Below, in pieces: positions 26,196 to 39,150 of a stretch of DNA of 64,000 nucleotides. A program made the translations under genes and the position numbers. The DNA is taken from the NCBI GenBank assembly GCA_004431415.1, contig QPMI01000535.1, forward strand, positions 248,001 through 312,000, given 5' to 3'. The DNA is from Cyanophora paradoxa CCMP329 (lineage: Eukaryota > Plantae > Glaucophyta). How positions within the stretch are numbered: position 1 is the first letter of the stretch; each line of letters begins with the position of its first letter. Under the pieces are notes generated by a model. The model saw nothing but the letters and a program-made list of their open reading frames with translations, ran no database searches and had not been told where the DNA came from.

Positions 26196-26648
26196 GTTCG
26201 ACCCCGTGCACGTGCGCACCGCTGGGATCATGATCAGCCCGCGGCCGCCCGAGAGCAAATCCAGAGCCGCGTCGCTGCCGGGGGCTGAGGCCTAGGAGAC
26301 ACCGTGGCACGCACGCCGAATCGAAGCGAACGAACTGCAGCTGTACTGCGGCAGCATGCGCAGCTGCTGCGCAATGCGCGCACGCACACGCTGCCAGGCT
26401 GCGCGTGCACGTGCGTGCCGTGCATCACTTAGTGAGCACTGAGCACTGACTGAGTGAGCATGGAAAATTGCCGCGCGCACGCTGGCCGCGCCCTTCACGC
26501 TAGCGCCGGCGCACGTGGGTTGCGAATTCGCAGGTGAGCCGGTTCGAGAGTCGAGCTAGCTCGAGCTCAGATAATTTTCCATTCATGGACCGGAGCCGGC
26601 GCTGAAGCGGCTGATCATGATTCATGATTAAATATTAAATATTCATGA

Positions 26649-26902
26649 TCATGTGTTTTTTTGTGAATAACCGGCCACAGTCTCTAGACACCAGCACTGC
26701 GGGGGTGCCCAGGCCTAGGGGGAAATATTCGAATTCATGTGTGTTTTTGGTGAATTACCGGCCACAGTCTCTAGACACCAGCACTGCGGGGGCTGCCCAG
26801 GGGGCGCAGAGACAAAAAGCAAGCTTTAAGAGAACTAAGACAAGAGCACGAAGAAAGCAAACATGAGCTCAGAAGAGCACGGGGGCCCGTCGGGGGGTCT
26901 AT
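26649..26902 (-). mobile_element. Two tandem short A-tailed retro-insertions (family 2) at one target site
   Basis: Core CCGGCCACAGTCTCTAGACACCAGCACTGCGGGG at ~26671 and ~26758, each preceded by a T-run; target AAATATTCATG repeated at 26637, ~26723 (with micro-insertion) and 26905. Confidence 0.7.
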
Positions 26903-27815
26903 TTAAATATTCATGAGCTCATGGTCATGATCAAACGCACTGCAGCTGCATGCGGCAATCGTTGATCGAACGGCGGCACTGAACCTGCCCGGTCCTACCG
27001 CCGCATACCGGTACCGGCCGCGCGGAAGCTATACTAGTACTAGTACTCCAGTATTGCCGATGCAATGCCGCAGACTACAGTCTTCAGCCTGGCAAGCTCG
27101 GCGGCCCGGCTTCCGAACTAGTTCTGCAGCTCAGCTCCAGCTCAGCTCAGCTGAGAGCGGCTCATAGCGCTACAGCGCAGCCCAGTCTGCATTAATTTCA
27201 TTGACTCTACAGAGGCTACCAGCCTATCACCCCCTAACAGAGCCCTCTTAACTTCCCGGCCGGGGGCCGGCGCCAGGAGGCGGTCAGATCTTGATCTAGA
27301 GAAGGTCGACGTCATGATCCATTGCAAGAACTTCGGAACTGAATCGGAAGGGCTCGGAGGCGGTGCTGGCGGAGGTCGCAGGTTGGCAGCGGTCGCAGCT
27401 GCATGGCTGAGACCACGTGACAGCCGCTGAGCAGTCACAGTGTGACGGCGCTAGCAGACGTCGACGTCGCACAGTGCATGCGCACCGTGCACGTGTGACA
27501 GCCGCAGATTTTCCTGCCGCTTCAAGCACCGGGCAGTGACGCTCGCGATCGGGCTATTAGTTCGTGCCTTTTCATTTGATCGACATTCCCGTTACGTTGG
27601 GCGAGTATGCATATGGGCCTACTATGGGGCCAGCCGGCGCCAACACGCGGGCCGACCGGGGGCCGTGTACGTGTAAATTTGTGTATAGTTAAAATATACA
27701 TAGTGAACATAGCTCGACGAGAACAGGCGCGGCTCGCTCCCGCTCCCGCGGCCGGCTGCAGCTGGCGACTCCTGCTCGTTTTCACGAACAGACCGCAGCG
27801 ACCGCGGCATCCCTC

Positions 27816-30800
27816 CTATCTGTCCGCCTCGTCGGAGGCCGTAGCTTTCAGCCTCGCGCCGTCGCGATGAAGAGCCGATCGCTGAGAGCAGTGGCGCCGG
27901 CGGAGAAGGAGGACAGCGATGGTGGCGACGCCAACGGCGACCGTGGCGAGGAGGGTCAGCGAACTCACGAGACCCGCGAAGACAAGCTGCGCGCGGCGGT
28001 CCAGGGCCGGGGCCCTCATGATCAGCGCCGACGTCGAATACATACATAACCAATAGATCTAATTCTAGAGTTGGCGAGATCTATAGATTTCGTTCAAATT
28101 CGGACCTTGTCGTCGATCCAGGAGGGAGACGAGTCGCCCTCGAGCTCGCCCCGGCTGGTCCTCACGGCAACTCCGCCCGACGGGTCTCCCCGGGAAATTA
28201 TGCTCGGCTCGCTCGCTTGGGCCGCTGCGCCGGCGCCGCCGCTGTTTGAGCCGCTCGATCCAGCAAGCAACGCCTGTCGACGAACGAGTTTCGCATGAAA
28301 AAACGATTAGTTGAATTCTCGAGCTCAATTATGCATTATCGCACGTCGACGAGGACGACGGGGGGAAAGGCGGCGCGTCGGGACTCGATCCGGAGGCTGA
28401 ACGTGCGCGCCACCTGCGCCTGCGCCAGCGCCCGCCGCGCCGCGCCCACCGCCGGCATCCCTGCGACGCCATTGGCGGCGGCAGCGGTGGCGGGCGGGGC
28501 GGAGCGGGGCGGGGCGGACGGAAGCGGATGCCGGCGGGGACGAGTTGGGCGTCGGGGGCCTCGAGGGCGGCGCCGTCGGGGCGACGAGGAGGACGCGCAC
28601 GGGGTCGCCGACGAGGGCCCCGAACGCGTCGCCCGCCGCCCCGATCGTCACCCACTCGCCCTCCTGCGCGCCGTCGGCTGCGCCAGGGGCGGCGGGGCGG
28701 GGCGGGCGGGGCGGGCGGGGCGGGCGCACGGGGAGGGCGGCGAGGAGGGGCCGGGGCAGGTCGACGCGGACGGAGGCGTCGGATGCCTTCACGCGGCGGG
28801 CGCTGACCGTCACGCCCCGACGGTGACTTGCGACATCGCCATCGCCACCGCGAACGGCGCCTGTCGCCGGAGGCCGGCTGTCAGCACCGGGCGGGGCGCG
28901 GGGCGCGCAGCACAGTGCGGCGTGAAGCGGGCCGCGAACCAGAGTCGGCCCCGCCTCGGCTGTGGGCGTGGGGGACGCGGCTGGCGCTGCGGGCAACGGG
29001 CTCGCCAAGGGAGAGGGGCTCGGGGCAGGCGCTTGCGACGGCGCGGCGGAGGGAGTGGCGGAGGCGGTCGGAGGGGGCACGGGCGACGGGGAGGGCGAGG
29101 GGCTGGCGGACGGCGTCGCCGCGGCAGAGGGCGCGGGCGGTGCGGTGGGGGAGGCGGTGGGGGTAGGGGGGGCGGAGGCCGACGCGGTGGGGGCGGGGGC
29201 GGGGAGGGGGACGGGGACGGCGTCGCGGAGGGGGAGGGGCTGGCGGTCGCGCTCGGGGACGGCGCGGGGCTCGGGGAGGGGCAGGGCGAGGGGGAGGCGC
29301 TGGGGGTGGGGGACGCGCTGGGCGAGGGGGAGGAGGAGGGCGAGGGGGAGGGCGAGGGGGACGGGGAGGGCGTGGCGTTCGAGAGGGGCTCGGGCCACGG
29401 CAGCTGCTGCCCGAGCGCGTCGCGGTTCGTCTCTGCTGCGAGGTCGGTGCCGAGGCGGAAGGGGCGGGGGGCGGTCGCGCGGACCGATCTTGAGGACGGC
29501 CCAGCGGTCGGCCTCCGTTTCGTGCGTCGAGTTTCCGGACTTGGCAGAGCCCGCCACGTAGGCGCCGCAGCGGCCGCGGAGCTTCGCCGCTTGGGAGAAG
29601 CGGCCCCCGGGCACGCCGGTAGCCACCACCGAGAACGTCACTGCTTGCGGGGAGCGGTGTTGGAAATGCGGGAATCACAGGGAAGCGTGCGAGGCGGGCG
29701 TACCGGGGACTTCTGTGAGGTTGGCGACGACGATGGTGTGGTCGAGCTCGCTGCTGTACCCGCTGCCGGGCAGCGGCTCTGCGGGGCGCGCCTCTCCGCG
29801 CACCAGGAACAGCAGCGGGCCGCAGGTCCACGACGCCCCGTTGAGGCGCTGGGGCGGGCTGGTCGGGGCCACTTGCACCGGCTCCCACACGGAGGCCCAA
29901 GCATCCAGACTAGCAACGTACATGGCGTGCCCTCCCCATTCGTCGTCCCTCTGCTCTGGTGTAAGCAGTTGGTAACTGTAAGCGGCACGATGCCGGCGAA
30001 CCGGAACGTAGTAGTAGAATCGGGCGTCTGCAGTCACACCACGCGAGCGAGGGGCGTGAGCAAGGGAAAGCATCCCACGAAGCGCGCGAGTGACATAAAT
30101 ACAGGCGCGGTCACCGAAGATGCCGCCGTGTCCAGAAGGGAGGTGCACGCCGTCGTTGTGCGGGATAATCGCGCGCCACTCGTTCCACCTGTGAGGAAAG
30201 TACCGGTTGTAGACTCTGCGCAAAAACGAAACAAGCTCAAGCTTGTACGGGAGCCGGATGTGTCATCAGAAGACGGACATGAGGGAAGCTGTCGGGTGTG
30301 TAATGCCGTCGGCGTCAACAAATGCTCCGCCGGCAATGTAGAGCTGCGGTACATACATGCATGAGAGGGGGGGGTGGGTGGGGGGTGGGGGTGGGGGGGA
30401 AGTGGGCGACAGCCAGCTCGCCACGCACGCGTCCATCGAAGGTGGCAAAGACAGAGCCAACGCGATTGCGGAACATTGGCTGCGGTGGTGTGTGCTCAAC
30501 GCAGCGCGAACCTCCATCTGCAAAAGAATCCACAATAAGCAAGCTGCACGAAAGCGCGATGGAAGTGCACGAAATCATTTGCACCCCAAAAGAAGAACTT
30601 TGAGGAAGAGACGCCGGCGCGCGCCACGAAGAAGGGATACACGAAGGACGAAGAGCTGTAGCTTGGTGGGGAATAGAGGTCGTCGAACAATCTCTCCTCA
30701 GAGCTGAACCCGATTTCGCAGACGCCCCGCCCAAACTCGTTCCAGACACCCGTGACGGGGTTGAACGTGGCAGGGCGGCCTGTTGTCGTCGGCACGGATC

Positions 30801-31095
30801 CATTGAGGTACATTCCGGCTGTGCGTATGCGGACGGATTGCATGTCAAATTGGATTCGTACAACCGAACCCAAATACCGACTAAATCACGCACTGGATAT
30901 TAAATACCCTGAGGACCGCTCAAGTGCAAGGCCGCCCAAGGGGGCCCCGGACAGCGGTGGAGTGCCGACGCGCCGGGAGAGGACGGGTCCGCCAGCGAGC
31001 AGCGTGAGCTTCAGCTGCAGCGGCTCCAGAGGCGGCGGTGGAGGAGGACTCGACGGGCTTGGAGGAGGGACGCTGAACGAGTCGGAAGTGGCCAT
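27816..31095 (-). CDS. Single-pass membrane protein with beta-rich (kelch/propeller-like) ectodomain and Ser/Pro linker
   Basis: Exons such as ATFNPVTGVWNEF and YVASLDAWASVWEPVQ; (PS)n linker ~28960-29390; TM LVFAGLVSSLTLLATVAVGVATIAVLLL followed by RRR near 27900-27990. Confidence 0.55.
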
Positions 31096-31212
31096 GGCCT
31101 GGTCGGACCATTCGATCTCGTTGGTGACTGCGGCGCATGCACTCATGATCAGTGACTCATGATCAGTGACCTTGTCAGACCGTCGGACTGCCACTGGGCC
31201 ACGCAGCCTCAG

Positions 31213-31617
31213 TGCTACATAGTAGATTAACCCATGTTCCCCTTGGAAGAAAATTCCGTTTAGTACTACGGCAGACTCAAACTGCCAGCATTGTTTACGG
31301 TGCGAACAGTCAAACTCACTGAGTGGAGTGTGCTCCATGGGTGGTCCAGCCTGCAGCTGGGCTACGTATACCAACAGTCGTGCCAGCATGTTTGGTAAGT
31401 GGGGAACTTGTGAATCACAGGCCAGTGGTTGAGTTGTCGCTCTCATTGGTATACTCAATTCGATATGCACTTGAAGGCTGCCAGTGCTGCCTTGACTCAC
31501 TGTGGTCACTGAGACGGGCTCCACAGAAGAAGAGAAAGTCACTGAGTGATGTATGACTCTGTGACTTTTTTAAAAAAGTAGTGGCAGCCGCTGCCCTTGC
31601 CGAGCTTGGAAGTATGA
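31213..31617. repeat. ~400-bp segment A, present again inverted at 33236-33631
   Basis: TGCTACATAGTAGATTAACC...CTTGGAAGTATGA is the reverse complement (with scattered substitutions/indels) of 33236-33631. Confidence 0.9.
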
Positions 31618-34600
31618 CAAGCAGGGGGGCTCCGCCCCCCCGCACCCCCCCAGTGTTTTTTTGGGTTCTTTGATTTCTTGAGGCTTTTATTCTTCTTCTT
31701 CTAATTAATTAGAATAAAAAATGAGACTGAAGTACTAAAAGTATGAAGACAGAACAGAAGAAGCTGAAGCACTGAGAAACGATTTTTGCTTGGATAGGTT
31801 CGGCCATGAACATGAAGAACAGAACAGATCTGAGTTCATAACAGAAAGAAGAGAGCATTTCAGAACAGATCTAGAAACGATGAAGTGATCATGCAAAAGA
31901 AGCACATGCAATGTATTTCAAAGGTTTGATCATTTATGTTCATTTATGTTATGTTTATGTTCATCGAACATCGAGTTTCGATGCTAGATTCTGGCCATGG
32001 CTGGAAAAGAAAGGGCAAAAGATCTTTGAGAATTGACAAAAACAATATTTTTTGCTTGCAATGATGCCATGATGAATATAATCATTGAATGCATGCATCA
32101 TGATCAATATACAGGTACCATCTAGAGCTCTGTTTTGTTAACGTTTGCAATTGTGCATGTTTTGTGCACGTGGTGCTTGTGTTGTGCTTTATTGTTTGTT
32201 GTCATGTTTTGTTGTTTGTACATTGTGGAACATGTGTACATGTTTTCTTTTTGTTGTGCATGCCAAGATGTTTAATTTATTGTACATGTTTGTTGTTTGC
32301 CAAGAATCGAACCGGTTCTGAATCGGCACTGAGCAGCCAAATGTACCACAGCACTTCAGTAAGAAAAAAGGTAAAAAAAGGACTTTCCATTGACAGAACT
32401 GCCGGATACACAATTTGAGCTTCAAAACTCCACTCTGTGGCAGATCTTGCTGCTTCAGGTGCAGTGCTAGGATGCTTCTTGCCAGTCTTCCTGGCCATGC
32501 TGAAGCAGCTGTAGAGCAGTGCTTGATGGCAGATAGGAAAGCCTTCCAGGTAACAACTGTGCCTCCCTTCCAGCAAGAACCTGATGGGTCAAGGACTTTT
32601 TTTCCAGATCTTTTTTTCCAAAACCGCGTGGTTCTTTTTTTGTTTTTTGTTCAAGATCTTTTTTTTATGCAATTCGCGTGATTGTTTTTCAGAAATGGAG
32701 AAAAACCAACATCAAACTTTTACAGTTACTTTTAGAGTTCAACCAACGACAAGCAGCCATCTTTGCCAGCCTGTGCAACACAGGTTTTTCAGTCCAACGG
32801 ACTACATCATAGTTAGTTAAAGACAGTTCGATTGTCAACAAATAACAAAGAAAGGACAATTAGTTTCTCATGTTTGTTGTTGGCGGGGGGGCTGTGCCCC
32901 CCCGCACCCCCCCAAAGTTGTTTTTGCTTGCGTTGATGTTTGTGGTGTTTTCTTCTTTTTGTTTATTGCTTTTCAAGAATCCAACCATTACTGAATAAGC
33001 ACTACAGTCACACTGTACAGTTCAGTGCGCACGGATATGGCATTTGCTTTTTGTGCAACGTGTGAAGAGATTCATTATTTGTTCTTTGCCAAGTATAGAA
33101 CAGGTTCTGAATCGGCACTGAACAGTCACAGCTGTTCAGGAAGAAAAAGGAGAAAAAAAGCGACTTTCCATTGACAGAACTGCCGGATACGCAATTTGAG
33201 CCACAAAACTCCACTCTGTGGCAGATCTTGCTGCTTCACACTTCCAAGCTCACTGGCAAGGGCAGCGGCTGCCGCTACTTTTTTTAAAAAGTCACAGAGT
33301 CATACATCACTCAGTGACTTTTCCTTCTCATGTGGAGTTTCTCTCAGTGACCACAGTGAGTCAAGGCAGCTCCGGCAGCCTTCAAGTGCATATCGAATTG
33401 AGTATACCAATGAGAGCGACAACTCAACCACTGGCCTGCGATTCACAAGTTCCCCACTTACCAAACATGCTGGCACGACTGTTGGCAGCCCAGGCTGGAC
33501 CACCCATGGAGCACAGTCCAGTCAGTGACTTTGACTGTTTGCACCGCTCTCAATGCTGGCAGTTTGAGTCTGCCGTAGTACTAAATGGAATTTTCTTCCA
33601 AGGGGAACATGGGTTAATCTACTATGTAGCAAGTGGCAAGATCTGTCACAGAGTGGAGTTTTGTAGCTCAAATTGTGTATCCGGCAGTTCTATCAATGGA
33701 AAGTCCCTTTTTTTCCTTTTTTCTTCCTCAAGTACTGTGCCTGTTCAGTGCCGATTCAGAACCTGTTTGATTCTTGGCAAATTTAAACAAGAAATAATGA
33801 ACATGTTCGCAGGTTGATCAAAAAGCAAATGCCATATGCATATTCGCACTGCACTGTACAGTGTGATTTCAGAACATTTGGCAAGCAACATACAATAAAC
33901 AAAACAACATGATAAACACCAACATATGATGCGAGCACCACATGCACAACACATGCACAACAAACAAGACAGAGCTTGTACTTGCATTTTTTGTGACAGA
34001 AATGGTTGGACTCTTGGCAAGCAACATACAATAAACAAAACAACATGGTAAACACCAACATATGATGCGAGCACCACGTGCACAACACATGCACAACAAA
34101 CAAAACAGAGCTTGTACTTGCAATTTTTGTTTCACAAAACAAATAACATTCTTTTCTAGATGCATATGGTATCTGTTTATTGATCATGATGCATGCATTA
34201 TATTCATCATGGCATCCGATGATCATTGCACGCATAAAATATTGTTTTTGTCAATTCTCCAAGATCTTCTTGTTTTTGTCTGAAGTGTTCAATTCTTAAG
34301 CCTCTTGCAATTGTTCAGTGCCGCAATGTTAACGTTCAAGCTTCTTGCCCATGTTCCTGCTAAGAATTGCCCTTTCTTTTCCAGCCATGGCCAGAATCTA
34401 TTAGGGTAGCATCGAAACTCGATGTTCGATGAACATCAACATAACATGAACATAAATGATCAAACCTTTGAAATACATTGCATGTGCTTCTTTTGCGTGA
34501 TCACTTCATCGTTTCTAGATCTGTTCTGAAATGCTCTCTTCTTTTTGTTCAGTGCTTCAGCTTCATTTTCATTCTTTGTGATATGATTGAGCCACAAGAG

Positions 34601-35070
34601 ATATGATATGATTGATATTCAATTTCAAACTTCTTGCAATTGTACAGTGCTTTAGCTTTTCTTCTCATCTTCCTGGCTAAAGCTAAGAATTGCCTTTCAA
34701 TTACTTTGCCAGTCAAGAATTAAACACCAATTGCAAAGCACTATATATATGTATGTTTCATGACAAATTTTTATTTTATTAATTTATTAAAACATAAATG
34801 ATGAAGCCTAGCTTTGGACTACATTGCATTTGGTGCATTGTTTCTTGATTACATTATCAGTGTTTAATTTCTACATCTTTCATGCACTCAGATCTGTTCT
34901 GTTCTTTATGTTCAGTGCTTCAGCTTCTTCTGTTCTGTCTTCATAATTTTAGTACTTCAGTCTCATTCTTTATTCTAATTGATTAGAAGAAGAAGAATAA
35001 AAAACCACAAGAAATCAAAGAGCCCAAAAAAACACTGGGGGGGTGCGGGGGGGCGGAGCCCCCCTGCTTG
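31618..35070. mobile_element. AT-rich non-autonomous foldback DNA element, long imperfect inverted arms, 3-bp TSD TGA
   Basis: Termini TGA|CAAGCAGGGGGGCTCCGCCCCCCCGCACCCCCCCAGTG ... CACTGGGGGGGTGCGGGGGGGCGGAGCCCCCCTGCTTG|TGA; arms alignable over hundreds of bp; third copy of the terminal motif at ~32883; CpG-depleted; no transposase ORF. Confidence 0.8.
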
Positions 35071-35585
35071 TGACTGTTTGCGAATGTTTGTGTTCTCATA
35101 TGCGGTATCATACGCGCACTGACAGATCGGGGACGGGCCAACTTGGCAATAGAAATCAAACTTCGAGGCTCAGCCGGCGAAGATCCCATGACTTTTTCAG
35201 CTATGAATCTCAAAGATATACTGTCTATTGTGAGAAACACCGGGAGGAACAGAATTTAGAGAGAGCCAAAGAAGAAGAAAACAGAGAAGAAGATGAGGGA
35301 AATTCGAGGATATTAAACCACATAGATTGCGAAAAACGATTAGACGAATTGAAAATAAAACGAAAGGAAATAGAAGAGGAATTTAAAAATCGTTCGAGTG
35401 GTTTAACTGTTACTCTGGTTCCGAGAAAGTATTTAACATGGAATGAAAAACATATGATGTGTAGAAACCCGTGGAAAGATTTGGTGAATTACACAAAAGA
35501 GAAAGGAAGATATTATGTATGTCAACAGCGCGTTAATCTCTTCCGTGAAATGGGTATTATGTCATCTTACAACTCATGGGTGTAA
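35071..35585 (+). pseudogene. AT-rich intronless ORF remnant (TE- or virus-derived), charged coiled segment
   Basis: YTVYCEKHREEQNLERAKEEENREEDE...; base composition unlike host genes; followed by several GGGTGTA(A)T motifs to ~35910. Confidence 0.4.
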
Positions 35586-35929
35586 TGTGAATCAATCGGA
35601 AAATTTAAAGTGTAACGGGTGTTAGTTATGGTTTGTTGTTTTTTATGGATTCAATCGAGAAATATGGGTATATTGGGTGTATCATCGGGAATCTCTCGTT
35701 GTTACTGAATGTCGTAAATAAAATGCGGTAAAATTTGGGTGTAATGCATATAACTTCGATTGATTAGATTTTAGATATAACTTCGATTAAATAAAATAGA
35801 TTGTGACTGAGGCTTACTGAGATTTACTGAGATTGGGGATTGGGTTACTGGGAATCATGCGGATATTGTGAAAAGCAGTGAAATATATTGGGGTAATTTT
35901 TGGGTGTAATGCTCACAGCTCAGCTCCGG

Positions 35930-37176
35930 ATGGTCGTACCCCCCTCCGCCACCCTCTTCGCCTTCCCCCCTCCCCCCTCCTCCCCCTCCGCAAACGATTC
36001 CTTCTTCCGCACCCTGGGGGTCCGCTCGTTCCCGTATACGTAGCCTTCCCGGCCCCTCCAGCGCTAGCCCTGATCCCGCACCCCAGATCGAGAGCGCGGG
36101 GCGCGATCTCTCGAAGGACTTTAGGCCGGCGCAGACGATGCAGCTGGGCAGGGGCCAGGTCGTGAAGGCCTTCCAGCCGCAGAACGCGGCCGCCCTCAAA
36201 CAGGCGCCCCAGCTCCCCGCCCTCTCCGATTCTTTCCTTCCTTCCGATCCGCGCTGAGCCTAGCCTCGCCTCGCCCAGGCCGAGGAGGTCATGCGGGCGA
36301 CTCTGGACGTAGCCCTGCGCCTCGAGAGCCTCTCCCTCGGCGCGGAGGCTGACGCCGACGCCGACGCCGCCATCGAGCTCGCCCCGCCCCAGGTGCCCGG
36401 CCTACGGGGGATACTCGACCTCTCTTCTTCTCCCCGTGCCTGATCACGATCGCGCGCGCGCGCAGGCGCTGCTGCCGCCGCTGGAGCCGAAGCCAAACGC
36501 GCGGACGTGGGCGGACGTAGAGGGGCCGCCCGAGCCGGCGGCGGCCCCGGGCCGGCGCCCGGTGCAGGCCTCCGCGTCCGGGCCTCGCCCCCTGGCGTTG
36601 GCCCCCGCCCCATCGCCCCGTCCCCGCCCCGCCCCCGCCCGACGCGCCCCGCCTCCCTTCCCTGAACGTCGTCCTCCCGCCCCGCATCCGTCGCCGCAAG
36701 AAGGCCAAGCCCGCCGAGCAGTCGCCTGCCCCCGCCCCGCCCACGACCGAGCGGCAGCCCCTGCCATCCCTCGCCCCCCGCGGCCGCCCCTCCGACGCCG
36801 CGGCCTCCGTCCAAGCCCCACCTTCCCCCGCCCAGTCCCCATTCGCCCCCTCCGAGATGGTACCCGTCTACATCGTCCCGGCGTACTACGTGGTACCCCT
36901 CTCCCACGTGCACGTGCAGTCGCCGGCCGGCCCCTCCTCCGGCTCGAGCGGCGCCGCGAGCCTCCCGGTGCTTCGAATTCGATCCGCGTGCGCGCCGCGC
37001 CTCGCGCGCCGCTCACCCTCGCGCAGGCGTCCCCCTCGCCCCCGTCGAAGCGGCGCGCCTCGAGCTCGTCGCCGGGGGGCGCAGCCTCCGGATCCCAGGC
37101 GGGCTTGAGCCCCCCCTCCCTGGACTCCTCGCAGGCCCCTACCCCGACCTCGGGCTCGACCCGGGCGACGCCGTAG
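35930..37176 (+). CDS. Pro-rich hypothetical protein
   Basis: Exons MQLGRGQVVKAFQPQNAAALKQ, AEEVMRATLDVALRLESLSL; stop TAG at 37174-37176; start uncertain. Confidence 0.4.
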
Positions 37177-38746
37177 ATTGTACATACACAAGTAGACGTG
37201 AAATATGGACCAGCAGCCTGGCAGACGGACCTGATCATGAGACGGTCCGCTGTGCACGTGGCCCAGCACCCGTCAGCTACGTGTATTGCCGTGTCCTGTT
37301 ACAGATGCGTGGCCTGTGCCATCGCTTCCGGCGCCACCCTCAAGGTCCGATAGAGATCAAGAGCGCATGTGCCCCGGCGCCCCGGCTGAGGCGGCGGGCG
37401 GCGGCACATGCGCAGCACGGCGGAGCCCTTCTTCCTCGCCTTTGAATTCCGAGTTCCGCTTTCGAGCCGGGCGACGTCGTAGACTGTTAGTAGTATGTTA
37501 CGTAGACGTTGAAATTTCGGTTGAATGTATCAAACGGCGCCCCGCCGGGCCGCTGCGACCCTGTCGAGTTTTCACTTCCCATCTGATGGAGCTTATTCAT
37601 GACGTGCACGTGGGTCGACGTCGACCAAAAAAGGATCTCCCGAAGCTCTGTAGACGCGTATACGTACGTCATCTTGCCTAAGCTCGAGAAAATGAAAATT
37701 TTAGACAACGTTAACGAAATCTTCGTGCACGTGCACATGATCACTGATTCAATTCGCAAGAAACCGCCCGCGCTAAGTGCCGCTAACGTCGTCAGCCTAA
37801 CGAGGCTAATTATATATAACGGTGTCTGACACCTGGCGGCCCATGGCCAGCTGCGCATGCAGTGCACCACTGGTCCACTGCACGTGCACGTGGCGGCCCA
37901 CTGGCGGCCCGGCGCCCTCTCTGCCTGCATAATAGTGCATCATGGCACTTTCACCCTGGAGGACAATGCTTAGGACATCGCCGAGTCGGACCGTCGGACT
38001 AGCTTTAGCCTCTACTAAAGCTAGTAGCCTTCAAACTTGAGGTTAGATACAATTGCAATTATATCCTTTCGTGTTTCGTGACTTCACAGCTCGTCATGAT
38101 CACGTCACAGACTCACAGATCTAGACTCTGAGAGTCTGAGAGCTGCCAGACTGCTAGTGCCTGCCACTGCGGAAAATTTAATTGACGCGTACGCGTACGG
38201 GTTGTGACTCGTGAGAACTTGTGACGTGATCATGAAAGGTTGTGACGCCGTGACGGGAAGGCGATTCGGGCGAGGACTCCGGGAGGAACTGGCCCAGTGG
38301 GTCCAAATTTAGACCGTCGGACTGATCATGATTCAGTAGCACTGGGGCTGAGTCACTGATCATGATTGACTGATCATGATTCAGTCATGCATATGGTATT
38401 TTGCTCTATGGCGCCGGCGGGCCGGGTTTTACAAAGTGAAAACGCGGTAATTCATGCCGCGGTAATTTACCCGGTAGTGCCCGACGCCGGGCCCGGCGGG
38501 CCGACGGTAGTAGCCTAGTATATACGTAGCGGGCCACTAGCGGCGAGTCCGCCGGCGACCCTTCTGTACCAGGTAGCGCTACGTACCGTGAAATACTTAT
38601 TTACTGCGCCACAAATTACTGCGTTCCAAATTGTCTGCGCCGGTAGCGCTTTACGCGTTACCAAATTACCGCGTTCTAAAAAATTTCAAGTTTGAACGCA
38701 GTAATATGGTAGCGCAGTACTAGTAGGTATATCAGCGCGGTAATTA

Positions 38747-39150
38747 CTGTAAACGTACGTAGAAATTTTCGTCGAGACTTAATTTCGACAAAACCCGATT
38801 TTTTTGAGAGACTACGGTGGGGCGAACCCCCCGTAGGTAGTGATATTAAGGACAACAAAGCAATCACAAATCAAAGATACAGTAAAGTAGTACAAAATAC
38901 AGAATCAAGAGGGATCACGAGAAGGGACACGATCAGATCTCGACAAAACCCGAAAATCGTGACGAAAATATGGTTCGACAGCATCATATTTTCGTCAGCC
39001 GCAGCTGCAGGACTCCGCCATAGATGGGTCAGCCGTTGATACCCCTCTCCATACAAAATTTCAGTTCCAGAGCATCAAATATTCGTCAAAGCGAGGGTCT
39101 GGCGAATATAGACGAAATAAAGACGCTGTCGAAGATTCCTACGTTTACAG
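38747..39150. mobile_element. MITE B (TA TSD) nested in the right TIR of MITE A
   Basis: TA|CTGTAAACGTA(CGTA)GAAATTTTCG ... CGAAGATTCCTACGTTTACAG|TA. Confidence 0.8.
38799..38939 (-). mobile_element. Short 5'-truncated A-tailed retro-insertion (family 1) with 14-bp TSD
   Basis: TSD TCGACAAAACCCGA at 38785-38798 and 38940-38953; T7 run then GAGAGACTACGGTGGGGCGAACCCCCCGTAGGTAGTGATAT. Confidence 0.85.

Noticed and set aside
32575-32630. CTGATG..., possible hammerhead ribozyme
   Set aside because: Lacks the CUGAnGA core and a properly placed GAAA with supporting stems.
31323-35585. Single ORF restored by removing the foldback element
   Set aside because: The frames do join, but there is an internal stop and no recognisable domain, so it is too weak to call a gene.
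35747-35790. ATAACTTCG twice, resembling a loxP arm
   Set aside because: Only a 9-bp match, in direct rather than inverted orientation, and without the 8-bp spacer geometry.
31213-35910. DIRS-type retrotransposon (inverted repeats plus internal complementary region)
   Set aside because: No RT or tyrosine recombinase remnants, and a 3-bp TSD is present; a DNA-transposon foldback fits better, though this is not fully excluded.
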